From Gemmatimonadota bacterium (lineage in GTDB: Bacteria; Gemmatimonadota; Gemmatimonadetes; Gemmatimonadales; Gemmatimonadaceae), in contig JAZJZK010000023.1 in the NCBI GenBank assembly GCA_040389905.1, positions 32,001 through 96,000 on the forward strand: a DNA stretch of 64,000 nucleotides, read 5' to 3'. The notes beneath the pieces are model-generated. The model ran no database searches. It saw only the letters and a list, made by a program, of their open reading frames with translations, and had not been told where the DNA came from. Position numbers and translations under genes: made by a program. How positions within the stretch are numbered: the stretch's first letter is position 1; each line of letters starts with the position of its first letter. Shown here piece by piece: positions 55,300 to 63,537 of the stretch.

Positions 55300-58200
55300 C
55301 AGACAACGAGCGGTGCAACGTCGTCTCGGCGCACACCATAGGCGCGACACGCCGCGGTCAGGAGCTCTGCGCTCGTCGGGGTGTTGCCGGCCATGGCGCG
55401 CTGCGCGAGAGGCGCCAGAATGTCTCGCGCACGTTCCCAATCCGCGGGCAGCGGAAGCAGTGAGACGGTCCACGCGAGGTACCGGTGCCAACCGCCCCGC
55501 GCCGGCTCCGCGATCGCATTGAGCCATGCCGCCGCGAGCGGAGTATTGAGCAGCGCGGCAAGTGCCATTGCGTCGACAGGATCATCGCAGCTCACGACAT
55601 AGCAGCTGTTCAGCGGAACGGTCCGGTCACCGGCGGGAAGGATCGCGGCGCGCGGGACGCGTCCAAAGTCACTCCAGACCACGCGCGTTCTCGACGAATC
55701 TGCACTCTCGGTGCGGAACAATGCCCACCAGTTTCGGCTACCGCGAAGGTCGGTGCGATTCGTGAGTTGTCGCCGCCATGGAGCGAGCCACCGCGACGCA
55801 CCGGCAGGAAGCGCGGGAAGTGGCAAGCCCCCTGGCGCGTGCGTCCATACGATGGCGCTGCGAGAATCCGGGATGTTCCACGCGGACACACCGTCGCCGC
55901 GGAGGAGTGGCCGAATGAGCTCGCGCTCCACCATTCCCTTTCTCCCACGATACGCGACGGCGACCGAATCCGCGACGTGATCACCTGCCTCCACCATGAA
56001 CGCCTCGTTGCAGCCACATTTCACGCCGAGCATCGCACGCCCGAACGTGCTCTCGCCGAGTGGACGCCCACGAGTCGAGATCCGGTCGAACGCCGTCCGA
56101 ACGTCGAGAGGCAGGAGCAGCCACGGACTGCCGGCGTCCCGCTCCTCGAGGCGCAGGGACGATGGCGCGTCATTCCAGTCGACGCTCATCGCGGGGCGAC
56201 GAACGCTGACCGCTACCTCATCGGCGTCGTGCGCGGAGCGCGACGCGATGATGACCGAGGGGTATACCGCTGCGTCGAACGCCGCAGGTGCCTCGGACCA
56301 GTCTTCAATGACACGGAGCGATGTTCGCGCCGCGAGCAATCGGCGGACGCCCCCTCCGGCGAGCGATCGCCACAATTTCGTCGGCAGCAGGAGCGCAATG
56401 CACCCGGTATCGGCGGCAAGAGCCACGCTGCGCTCGACGAACAACGCCGCCAGGTCGACCTGCGCCGCAAAGCCGCGCGCCGTATGGCTCTGGCGCGCGC
56501 CGCATTCCCACGCGGCATCGCGGAAAACGTCATACCGCTCACGCAGGGCCAAACGTGTTGCGGCGGGGATGTTGTGCAGGCGCACCCACGGAGGGTTTCC
56601 GATGATGAGACCGAATCCGCCGCGGGCGTGTGCCGCACCGAAATGCGACGGAAAGGAAAAGGGAAGTGCACCGCCGTCCTCGATGCGCCGGCGCTCGCGC
56701 CGGAGTGCCGCGGCGCGTTGGCGCGTGACGCGCATCTCCGTTCGTGCTTCGGCAGAGGGGCGCGTGCGTTCGCCAAACATGTTGGTGCCGCGTTGCACCT
56801 CGAGCCGTTCGCGCCGGATCCGGGAAAGCGTGTCGAGCTCGCGTGCAATCGCCGCGAGTGCACGCCGGCGCTCCTCGCGTGCGAGCGCCTTGCGCAACGG
56901 TGCTTTGCTCGGACCGGCGGCTCGCACGTAGCGTTCACGCAACCGCATGAGTGCAGCCGGTGGTCCAGCTACCGTCGGGGGGGCTGCAAAGGCATCTCCC
57001 GACAGCGTGTCTCCTACGCGAACACTGCAATCGAGGTTCGGCAGCGGAGGCACCGCGGACATCCGCGTTTCATCGCTCTCGATCACGACGGAAAGCCACA
57101 GTCGCAATTCACAGAGCCACACCGCCGTCGGATTGATGTCCACGCCGTGAATCGCACGAGCCAGCACATCTCGGCGAATCGCGGCCATGGTGCGTGCGTC
57201 ACCGGCAGCGCGGTGCAGGTCGCCCAGTCGTTCGAGGACGTAAACGAGAAAGGCGCCCGATCCGCACGCGGGGTCGAGTACCGTGAACGTGCGAAGCTTC
57301 ACGCGGAGGCGATCGGCGAGCGACGGCCGCAGGCGCTCCCCAGCCAGTGCGCGCGCGATCTCAGTTTCCGGTATGCGATCGGTGCTCAGCGCGACCATGA
57401 GCGCACGATCCGCAACATGCGATACCATGTCCTGCGGCGTATAGAACGCACCACTGACCCGACGTTCGCGCGAGGCCATTAACGATTCGAACGCGCGCCC
57501 CAGCATCTCGGGATCGATCGCGGCCTCGGACCAGAGCGCCTGACCTTCCCGTCCCGTGAACCTGTACTTGCCGAGGAGGTCGCTGAATAACGCGCCGATC
57601 GCCTCATCGGAAAAGTGCATCGTCGAATGCCGCCGCTCGAGCGCGCTCTTCGAGAACAATCCGCCGTTGAGGAACGGAATCGCGCCGAACGCTCTCGCGC
57701 GAGGGGCACGACGCCGGAGCGGTGTATTCAGCGTGCCGAAGAACAAGGGCAGAAGTACGCGACGATGAAAGCCACCGCCCGATGCCATGCACTCGTCGAA
57801 TGTGCGCGAGAGGAAGGCGCGATCGCCGTCGAGCCAGCCCTTCGTCTCGAGGAAGGAGAGGAAGAGCAGGCGAGAGACACATAAGAGGGCGAGCTCCGCC
57901 CGGTCGGCGGTTCCCACACCCGCCAATGAATCGCCGAGCGCGCGGACCCGTTGTTCAAGGATGCGATAGAACTGTCTCGACAACGTTTCTCGGCCGAGCA
58001 CGTCGCACCAGTGTGCGTAGACCAGGAGGTCATTTCCGGTGCGTCCGGCCGCGAGCGCACAGAGCGCCTCTGCGTCACTGGCGACGATGTGCTCTCGGTG
58101 CGCGACGAGTGCGACCACACGAGCGCCGCGCTTCGAGGGTGTCCAGCACGCCACGCCGACATCATCATCGGATGAGCCAATGAGGACCCACAGGACGTGC

Positions 58201-58472
58201 GCAGTATTGCCGGCGAGTGATGCAGCGAGCCGCGTAAACGTCTCGCGCAAGCCTTCACCGCCTCGTGCGGAGAAGAGCAGCGCTCGCAGGGCGGCGTGTC
58301 CTCGAATGACAAAGGCATCGGCCGCCTCGTCGGAAATCCCCAATCGGCGCGCCGACTCGGCATCGACCGGAACGGGCGTGTCATCGAAGCCGAGCGCCGC
58401 CGCGAGGGCGACTCGTCCATCGACGGTATTTGCTGCTGCGAGCCGCTCTGCGGCATGTCGGAGTGTCTGCAC
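55275..58472 (-). CDS. Large N6-adenine DNA methyltransferase (Eco57I/TaqI-like, gamma order) with C-terminal target-recognition-like region
   Basis: PFLNGGLF, DPEMLGRAFESL, GAFYTP, VLDPACGSGAFL, GVDIN, IIGNPPWV, and C-terminal GVKCGCNEAF / RPLLRG. Confidence 0.9.
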   Translation of the reverse strand: MQTLRHAAERLAAANTVDGRVALAAALGFDDTPVPVDAESARRLGISDEAADAFVIRGHAALRALLFSARGGEGLRETFTRLAASLAGNTAHVLWVLIGSSDDDVGVACWTPSKRGARVVALVAHREHIVASDAEALCALAAGRTGNDLLVYAHWCDVLGRETLSRQFYRILEQRVRALGDSLAGVGTADRAELALLCVSRLLFLSFLETKGWLDGDRAFLSRTFDECMASGGGFHRRVLLPLFFGTLNTPLRRRAPRARAFGAIPFLNGGLFSKSALERRHSTMHFSDEAIGALFSDLLGKYRFTGREGQALWSEAAIDPEMLGRAFESLMASRERRVSGAFYTPQDMVSHVADRALMVALSTDRIPETEIARALAGERLRPSLADRLRVKLRTFTVLDPACGSGAFLVYVLERLGDLHRAAGDARTMAAIRRDVLARAIHGVDINPTAVWLCELRLWLSVVIESDETRMSAVPPLPNLDCSVRVGDTLSGDAFAAPPTVAGPPAALMRLRERYVRAAGPSKAPLRKALAREERRRALAAIARELDTLSRIRRERLEVQRGTNMFGERTRPSAEARTEMRVTRQRAAALRRERRRIEDGGALPFSFPSHFGAAHARGGFGLIIGNPPWVRLHNIPAATRLALRERYDVFRDAAWECGARQSHTARGFAAQVDLAALFVERSVALAADTGCIALLLPTKLWRSLAGGGVRRLLAARTSLRVIEDWSEAPAAFDAAVYPSVIIASRSAHDADEVAVSVRRPAMSVDWNDAPSSLRLEERDAGSPWLLLPLDVRTAFDRISTRGRPLGESTFGRAMLGVKCGCNEAFMVEAGDHVADSVAVAYRGRKGMVERELIRPLLRGDGVSAWNIPDSRSAIVWTHAPGGLPLPALPAGASRWLAPWRRQLTNRTDLRGSRNWWALFRTESADSSRTRVVWSDFGRVPRAAILPAGDRTVPLNSCYVVSCDDPVDAMALAALLNTPLAAAWLNAIAEPARGGWHRYLAWTVSLLPLPADWERARDILAPLAQRAMAGNTPTSAELLTAACRAYGVRRDDVAPLVVWCHALLAS

Positions 58473-58590
58473 GCGAGCAGCCTATCCGGCCGCCTCGCGA
58501 ACCGCGTCATCATACTATTGCACGCGCAATCTTAAATGCGCAGATGCGGTGAAACGCGCATTTCGTTTGTTATCGGACACAAGCGCCGAA

Positions 58591-58799
58591 TATCATCCCG
58601 GCGAAGTCGAGGGATCTGCACCTACGCCGTTCAAAAGGATGGTGCAGGCCCTTCGCTTCGCTCAGGGCGACAAAACAAGCGGATTGTCATCCCGAGCGAA
58701 GTCGAGGGATCGGCACCTGCCGCCGTGTACGAGCTGCAGGCCCTCTCGACTCGCGGAGCCTGCCCTGAGCGCAGTCGAATGGGCTCGCTCGGGGTGACC
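58591..58799. repeat. Cluster of four REP-like family A units (two inverted pairs)
   Basis: tatcatcccggcgaagtcgagggatctgcac; gtgcaggcccttcgcttcgctcagggcgacaaaac; ttgtcatcccgagcgaagtcgagggatcggcac; a long inverted unit ending ctcggggtgac. Confidence 0.88.
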
Positions 58800-58807
58800 G
58801 TGTGAGC

Positions 58808-59965
58808 TCACTCCACGAGATACTCGCGCCCTTTCCACTCCACGCGCCGGCCCCGCGCGACGGATCGCCCGAAGATGTAAACGAGCATCGCGGAACCAAG
58901 TGGGCTCAACAACGCGTAGAGCGGTGATTCGCCAAGCCACAGATATACTGCGAGCCAGAAGGCGAGGTTCGACGCTGATACGATCGCGGACCACACGAGA
59001 ACTCCGTGGCCAAGCCATCCCGCGAGTGCCAGGATGAGCAGCACGGGCGGCACGATGCCGCACAGGCCCGGCATCAACAGTACCAATGGAAACACGACGC
59101 GCCCCGCGACACCGAACGGAATCGTCGAACGCCCCGCCGCGTAGACATTCTTTCCCCAACCGTCGATGATCTCGCGCAGCGACGTGTACATCCGCGTGGA
59201 GAGCTGCTCGAGGCCCAAAAGGAGAACAACGCGCTTGCCGCGCGTGAACCACAGTTGCGCGAGCGCGAGATCCTCAGCGGCCTTGTCACGAACGGCGACG
59301 TGCCCATCGAGCTCCGCGTAGGTCAGCCGGGAGACGAAAATGCACTGCCCGTTCGCGATCTTGTCACTGGCACGGCGCGAGTTGTTCACGATTTCGGTGC
59401 CGCCGTAGCGGGTGAGCATGACGGCGAACACCTGGGGCTGCACCAGTCGTTCCCAGAAGCTCCCGAGTTCCTGCCGGCCGCCAATCGTCACCATGTCGGC
59501 GTTGGCGTCGAGCATGGCGTTCACGACGCGGGGAACGAGATCGGGCGCCTGCGTCGTATCCGCGTCGAGGAAGCCAATGATTTCCCCCGTGCACGCATCG
59601 GCGCCAGTTGCGCATGCCCACTGCTTGCCGAACCATCCAGGTGGCAGGGGCGGCGGTACGACGAGGCGAAGACGTGAATCGCCCGCCGCAATCGATCGAA
59701 GAATGTCGCCGGTCGAATCGGTCGAGTGATCATCCACCGCAACGACTTCGAGCCGCGGATAGTCTGCCGCGAGCGCCGAGCGCACGCAGCGGCCGATCGA
59801 ACGTGCCTCGTTGCGCGCAGGGATCACCAACGAGACCAGCGGCGCATCGCTCCGCGGGACTGGTGACTCATCTGCCAGCGACCGCGATCGTCGCGCCCGA
59901 AGGATGGTGGCAATTGGTAGAGCGACAAAGGGCAGGGCCAGCATGGCCGCTACGAAGGTGGTCAT
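58808..59965 (-). CDS. Glycosyltransferase family 2 (carotenoid/hopanoid glycosyltransferase-like)
   Basis: VSLVIPARNEA, VDDHSTD, PPGWFGKQWA, FLDAD, ANGQC, EDLALA, TRMY, VEWKGR. Confidence 0.88.
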   Translation of the reverse strand: MTTFVAAMLALPFVALPIATILRARRSRSLADESPVPRSDAPLVSLVIPARNEARSIGRCVRSALAADYPRLEVVAVDDHSTDSTGDILRSIAAGDSRLRLVVPPPLPPGWFGKQWACATGADACTGEIIGFLDADTTQAPDLVPRVVNAMLDANADMVTIGGRQELGSFWERLVQPQVFAVMLTRYGGTEIVNNSRRASDKIANGQCIFVSRLTYAELDGHVAVRDKAAEDLALAQLWFTRGKRVVLLLGLEQLSTRMYTSLREIIDGWGKNVYAAGRSTIPFGVAGRVVFPLVLLMPGLCGIVPPVLLILALAGWLGHGVLVWSAIVSASNLAFWLAVYLWLGESPLYALLSPLGSAMLVYIFGRSVARGRRVEWKGREYLVE

Positions 59966-59976
59966 GCTGGAAAGAT

Positions 59977-60019
59977 GACAGGGGACAGAAATCCTGTCCC
60001 CTGTCCCCTGACTCCTGTC
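59977..60019. repeat. Short heptamer (CCTGTCC) repeat with an inverted arm
   Basis: gacaggggacag-aaat-cctgtcccctgtcccctgactcctgtc. A related cccgtcccctgtccccgtc occurs at ~44448-44466. Confidence 0.6.
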
Positions 60020-60271
60020 TTATCGCCGACTGGTGTTGATCGGACCACCCGACTGGTTCTCGTCCCGCATGTCACTCGACGGCGACCCAGTGCGCGACGA
60101 CGACTGATCACTTCTCGATGAGCCGCTCATTCCGCGAGACGAACTCAGGGAATCGGAATCGGAGCTCGACTGCCCGTCGCCCTGCGACGATCCACGAAGA
60201 TCACGATTGGATTCGCTCGACGACTGGTCGCTGTTCCGGTCGGAGCGCTTTCGGTTTGATCGATTGGTCAT
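60020..60271 (-). CDS. Small Ser/Arg/Asp-rich, probably disordered hypothetical protein (83 aa)
   Basis: Strong RBS AGGAGG before ATG 60271. Sequence MTNRSNRKRSDRNSDQSSSESNRD... Confidence 0.6.
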   Translation of the reverse strand: MTNRSNRKRSDRNSDQSSSESNRDLRGSSQGDGQSSSDSDSLSSSRGMSGSSRSDQSSSRTGSPSSDMRDENQSGGPINTSRR

Positions 60272-60441
60272 GGGTGTCCTCCTGAAACCGTGGACTTCCG
60301 CGAAGCGCTGGATGCGCGGCCCGTCCGCTGCACCAGCTTCACACCGCTGTTCGTTGCATATCGGGTGCCTTTCGCGAGACACCGATGAGGTCGCGCGATG
60401 GCCGGTTGCACGATGGAGAAGCGCGCTCTACGTTGCCCAAA

Positions 60442-61341
60442 ATGCGATTGCCACCCGCTCTTGCTCCCGGTGCCCGTGTCGCGCTCGTCGCGCCCTCCGG
60501 ACCGCTTCGCAACCCAGGCGAGGTGGACATCGCTGTCACGCAAGCTCGTGCGTTCGGCTGGGAGCCCTGCGTTGGCGCCCATGCGCTCGCGCGACACGGA
60601 TATCTCGCCGGTTCCGATGACGAGCGCCTTCACGATTTGAATGCAGCGCTACGCGACGACACGATTGATGGAATTTGGTGTCTCCGCGGCGGCTATGGCG
60701 CGATACGCCTGCTTGATCGACTCGATGGGGAAGCCCTGCGGCGGCGCCCCAAGGCCATCATCGGCTACTCAGACATTACCGCCCTGCACGCCGCACTCGG
60801 CCGCTCGGCGGGCATCGTCACCTTCCACGGGCCAACCGCGCGCGCACGTGCGACGCCGTTCTCTCTCTCATCGCTGACGCGCGCCGTCATCGCGCATCAT
60901 GATCCATGCGGCCACGCGGACAATGCGCGCACGCTGCGCGGTGGCCGGGCATCAGGCCGCCTCGTCGGCGGCAACCTCGCAATGCTCGCGGCGCTTGCGG
61001 GAACTGCATTCACGCCGGACTACGCGGGCGCCATTCTCGTGCTCGAGGATATCGGCGAGGCGACCTACCGCATCGACCGCATGTTGCGACAGCTGTTGTT
61101 GAGCGGCACCCTCGCCTCGCTCGCGGGCATCGTGTTCGGACATTTCACCGACGGCACAGCGGCCGACGATCCTTCCAGCTGCGCGCTCGACGACGTGTTG
61201 CGCGAAGCGGCGGATTGCGCTGGTGTGCCCGCGTTCGCCGGTGCGCCAGTCGGACATATCGACGACCAATGGACTCTCCCACTCGGCGCCATCGCCGAGC
61301 TCGATGCCGATGCGCACACACTGCATGTAAACTTTGGCTAG
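60442..61341 (+). CDS. LD-carboxypeptidase (peptidase S66)
   Basis: RVALVAPSG, YLAGSDDER, RGGYGA, IGYSDITAL, GGNL, LEDIGE, GH. Upstream promoter TTGCAC-17-TACGTT. Confidence 0.92.
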   Translation: MRLPPALAPGARVALVAPSGPLRNPGEVDIAVTQARAFGWEPCVGAHALARHGYLAGSDDERLHDLNAALRDDTIDGIWCLRGGYGAIRLLDRLDGEALRRRPKAIIGYSDITALHAALGRSAGIVTFHGPTARARATPFSLSSLTRAVIAHHDPCGHADNARTLRGGRASGRLVGGNLAMLAALAGTAFTPDYAGAILVLEDIGEATYRIDRMLRQLLLSGTLASLAGIVFGHFTDGTAADDPSSCALDDVLREAADCAGVPAFAGAPVGHIDDQWTLPLGAIAELDADAHTLHVNFG

Positions 61342-61386
61342 CCGACCAGCTGCAATGCCGTTCACGCACAACCCTTGGGAGCCCCG

Positions 61387-61737
61387 ATGAAGAGTGGCAC
61401 CGACCTGATCAACGAATCGAAAGCGCGCATCACGCAGATCGACGCGGCTGAAGCGCTGAGCCGGCATAGTCGCGGAGGCGCAATCTTCCTCGACGTGCGC
61501 GACCTCCAGGAGGTCAACCTCGGCAAGATTCCGGGCGCGCTCCACATCTCGAAAGGCAATCTGGAAACGAAGATCGAAGGCGTGGTGCCGAGGGACGCGG
61601 AAGTCGTCATCTACTGCGCGAGCGGGAATCGGTCGGCGCTCGCGGCGGATACGATGCAGGAGATGGGCTATACCAATGTCTGCTCGCTGGCTGGAGGTTT
61701 TCGCGGTTGGGCGGAATCCGGCGGCGAGATCGATTGA
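61387..61737 (+). CDS. Rhodanese-like domain protein
   Basis: LDVRD..E...GKIPGALHI, active loop YCASGNRS, SLAGGFRGW. Confidence 0.9.
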   Translation: MKSGTDLINESKARITQIDAAEALSRHSRGGAIFLDVRDLQEVNLGKIPGALHISKGNLETKIEGVVPRDAEVVIYCASGNRSALAADTMQEMGYTNVCSLAGGFRGWAESGGEID

Positions 61738-61762
61738 CGATGTCGGGCGGTCGTCTGCAGTG

Positions 61763-62386
61763 ATGAACGACGCGGAGCTCGACCGCCTCGCGTCGCACCC
61801 GGTCGTCGCGCGCTTTCGACGCTCGCTCGCCGAGCGGCCGGGGGTGGAGATCGAGCCGGTCGGTCCGGCGCGGCTCGCGGCAATTCTCCTCGTGCTGCGC
61901 GCTCGCGCTGACGGCGAGCCCGAACTGCTGATGATCAAGCGCGCCGACGCGGAGGGTGATCCGTGGAGCGGACATATTGCGTGTCCAGGTGGGCGCATGG
62001 AGCCCACGGACATCGACCTCGCAGCGACCGCCACACGCGAAACGTGGGAGGAGACGGGCATCGACGTGTCGCGCGATGGCCGGTTGCTCGGTCATCTCGA
62101 CGATCTGGCCCCGCGCTCCCCGATGCTTCCACCCATTGTGATTCGGCCGTACGTGGCCATCGTGCGCGCGCGTGTCCAGATCGTTCCATCACTCGAAGTG
62201 GCGAGTGCCTTCTGGGTACCGCTCTCCGCGCTCCGCGAACCTGCCTCGTGGGGAATGGGGCTCGTCACCGTGCGCGATGGTCAACGAACCGAGAGCACGT
62301 TCCGCCACGGCGAGCATACCGTTTGGGGCCTCACTGAGCGCGTGCTCCGGCAGTTCCTCGAGTATGCCGGAGAGATGATCGATTAG
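61763..62386 (+). CDS. Nudix hydrolase, CoA pyrophosphatase-like
   Basis: WSGHIACPGGRMEPTD.DL.ATATRETWEETGI, VWGLTERVL. Confidence 0.88.
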   Translation: MNDAELDRLASHPVVARFRRSLAERPGVEIEPVGPARLAAILLVLRARADGEPELLMIKRADAEGDPWSGHIACPGGRMEPTDIDLAATATRETWEETGIDVSRDGRLLGHLDDLAPRSPMLPPIVIRPYVAIVRARVQIVPSLEVASAFWVPLSALREPASWGMGLVTVRDGQRTESTFRHGEHTVWGLTERVLRQFLEYAGEMID

Positions 62387-62418
62387 CGATTGTCCTGAAA
62401 GATGCGAATCGGCTTGGG

Positions 62419-62442
62419 TGTCATCCCGAGCGAAGTGACAAC
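62419..62442. repeat. Truncated family A REP hairpin
   Basis: tgtcatcccgagcgaagtgacaac. Confidence 0.7.
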
Positions 62443-62443
62443 G

Positions 62444-62824
62444 CTATCGAGGTTTCTCGCACATCAGCGCCATCGCATTTCCGTCCGGATCGCGGAACGC
62501 GCACAGCCAGAGATCGTGATCGGGCATCGGCGCGATGAAGTGGGGTTCGTCCGTGAACACGACGCCTCGTGCCGTCATCTCGGCATGTGCGCCTTCGATA
62601 TCGGCCACCTTGAAATACAGGACGGAGCTCACGCCGGCCGTGAACTCTCCTTCCGGTGGTGCGAGCATCAGGCGCACTCCACCGATGTCGAAGAACGCGA
62701 GCGACGGCGGCGCGGCAAACAAGAAGGTCAAGCCCACCGCGTCACGATAGAAGGCGACGGCGCGGTCGACGTTGGAGACGGTGAGCGCAACCTGCCGAAG
62801 TCCTGCGATCGAGGTGCTCGACAT
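62444..62824 (-). CDS. VOC (glyoxalase/bleomycin resistance) family protein
   Basis: QVALTVSNVDRAVAFYRDAVGL, LYFKVADI, FRDPDGN; RBS AGGAGG. Confidence 0.9.
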   Translation of the reverse strand: MSSTSIAGLRQVALTVSNVDRAVAFYRDAVGLTFLFAAPPSLAFFDIGGVRLMLAPPEGEFTAGVSSVLYFKVADIEGAHAEMTARGVVFTDEPHFIAPMPDHDLWLCAFRDPDGNAMALMCEKPR

Positions 62825-62846
62825 ACAATCCTCCTGAGCCGTTGAA

Positions 62847-62870
62847 TTATTTAGCTACGCTAACTAACTT
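62847..62870. promoter_or_regulatory. Palindromic MarR operator between divergent VOC and MarR genes
   Basis: TTA-T-TTAGC-TAC-GCTAA-C-TAA at 62847-62867, overlapping a -10-like TAACTT (62865-62870). Confidence 0.65.
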
Positions 62871-62878
62871 AGAGCGCC

Positions 62879-63337
62879 ATGAGCCCACGTCAAGCGCCCA
62901 CCGGTGCACCGCGCGCCGGATCGTCCGACGCGATCGCCGACCGGTTGCACTCCGCGGCCATTCACCTGCTGCGCCGGTTGCGCCGGGAGGACGACGCGTC
63001 TGGCATCAGCGCACCGCGCCTCTCCGCACTGTCAGTCGTTGTCTTCGGCGGCCCCATCGCCATGGGCGTCTTGGCAGCCGCTGAACAGGTGCGAGTGCCC
63101 ACCATGTCGCGGCTGGTCGCGACGCTGGAACAGGATGGGCTGGTGACCCGGGTGATCGATACCAATGATCGGCGAAGCGTCCGGATCGAGGCGACGGAGG
63201 CAGGGAGAACGCTCCTGAATGCCGGCCGGCGTCGCAGGGTCGCGGCGCTGTCGGCGGACATCGCCAGCCTCAAGGCAGACGATCGCCGAACGCTGCTCGC
63301 GGCCATCCCTCTTTTGGAAAAACTGGCGGGACGCTGA
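62879..63337 (+). CDS. MarR family transcriptional regulator
   Basis: LHSAAIHLLRRLRR, LAAAEQVRVPTMSRLV..LEQDGLV.R..D..DRRSV.I.ATEAG. Confidence 0.92.
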   Translation: MSPRQAPTGAPRAGSSDAIADRLHSAAIHLLRRLRREDDASGISAPRLSALSVVVFGGPIAMGVLAAAEQVRVPTMSRLVATLEQDGLVTRVIDTNDRRSVRIEATEAGRTLLNAGRRRRVAALSADIASLKADDRRTLLAAIPLLEKLAGR

Positions 63338-63339
63338 CG

Positions 63340-63365
63340 GTTGTCACTCTTCGCGCGGGATGACA
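63340..63365. repeat. Truncated family A REP hairpin, inverted relative to 62419-62442
   Basis: gttgtcactcttcgcgcgggatgaca, whose reverse complement is tgtcatcccgcgcgaagagtgacaac. Confidence 0.7.
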
Positions 63366-63455
63366 TCCGCAGCGATGCGCTCCAGCAGTTCCAGTTTAGG
63401 CGACCGCTAGTCTAGACGAAACTCAGCCTTGCATTCCTTCCGGCTCATATTAGAG

Positions 63456-63469
63456 TTAGTTGAACCTAA
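63456..63469. promoter_or_regulatory. Putative DtxR/MntR/SirR-type metal-responsive operator upstream of mntH
   Basis: TTAGTTGAACCTAA, a near-palindrome resembling TTAGGTTAACCTAA, in an AT-rich patch before an Nramp gene. Confidence 0.6.
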
Positions 63470-63537
63470 ATAATTCATGAGCCTGACGCACGACTGAAGC
63501 GAGTCGGAGCGTGACTACCCTGAACGTGCATGTCCCT

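Noticed and set aside
55300..55527. N-terminal 76 aa of the helicase as given in the ORF track
   Set aside because: It overlaps the MTase coding region by about 250 bp and looks non-protein-like. GTG 55299 is the more plausible start.
55485..57482. 665-aa plus-strand ORF
   Set aside because: Antisense shadow of the MTase in high-GC DNA, Arg/Ala-rich with no recognisable motifs.
53017..58472. Complete DISARM, BREX or type I/III R-M system
   Set aside because: No drmA/B/C, pglZ/brxC, hsdS/hsdR or res genes adjacent. The flanks are a DUF4097 gene and a GT2 gene.
58591..58799. REP cluster next to the MTase as a CRISPR array or IS ends
   Set aside because: Units alternate in orientation, vary in sequence and recur throughout the window, and there is no transposase nearby.
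63366..63537. yybP-ykoY manganese riboswitch before mntH
   Set aside because: No recognisable conserved motif, and that riboswitch usually precedes exporters rather than importers.
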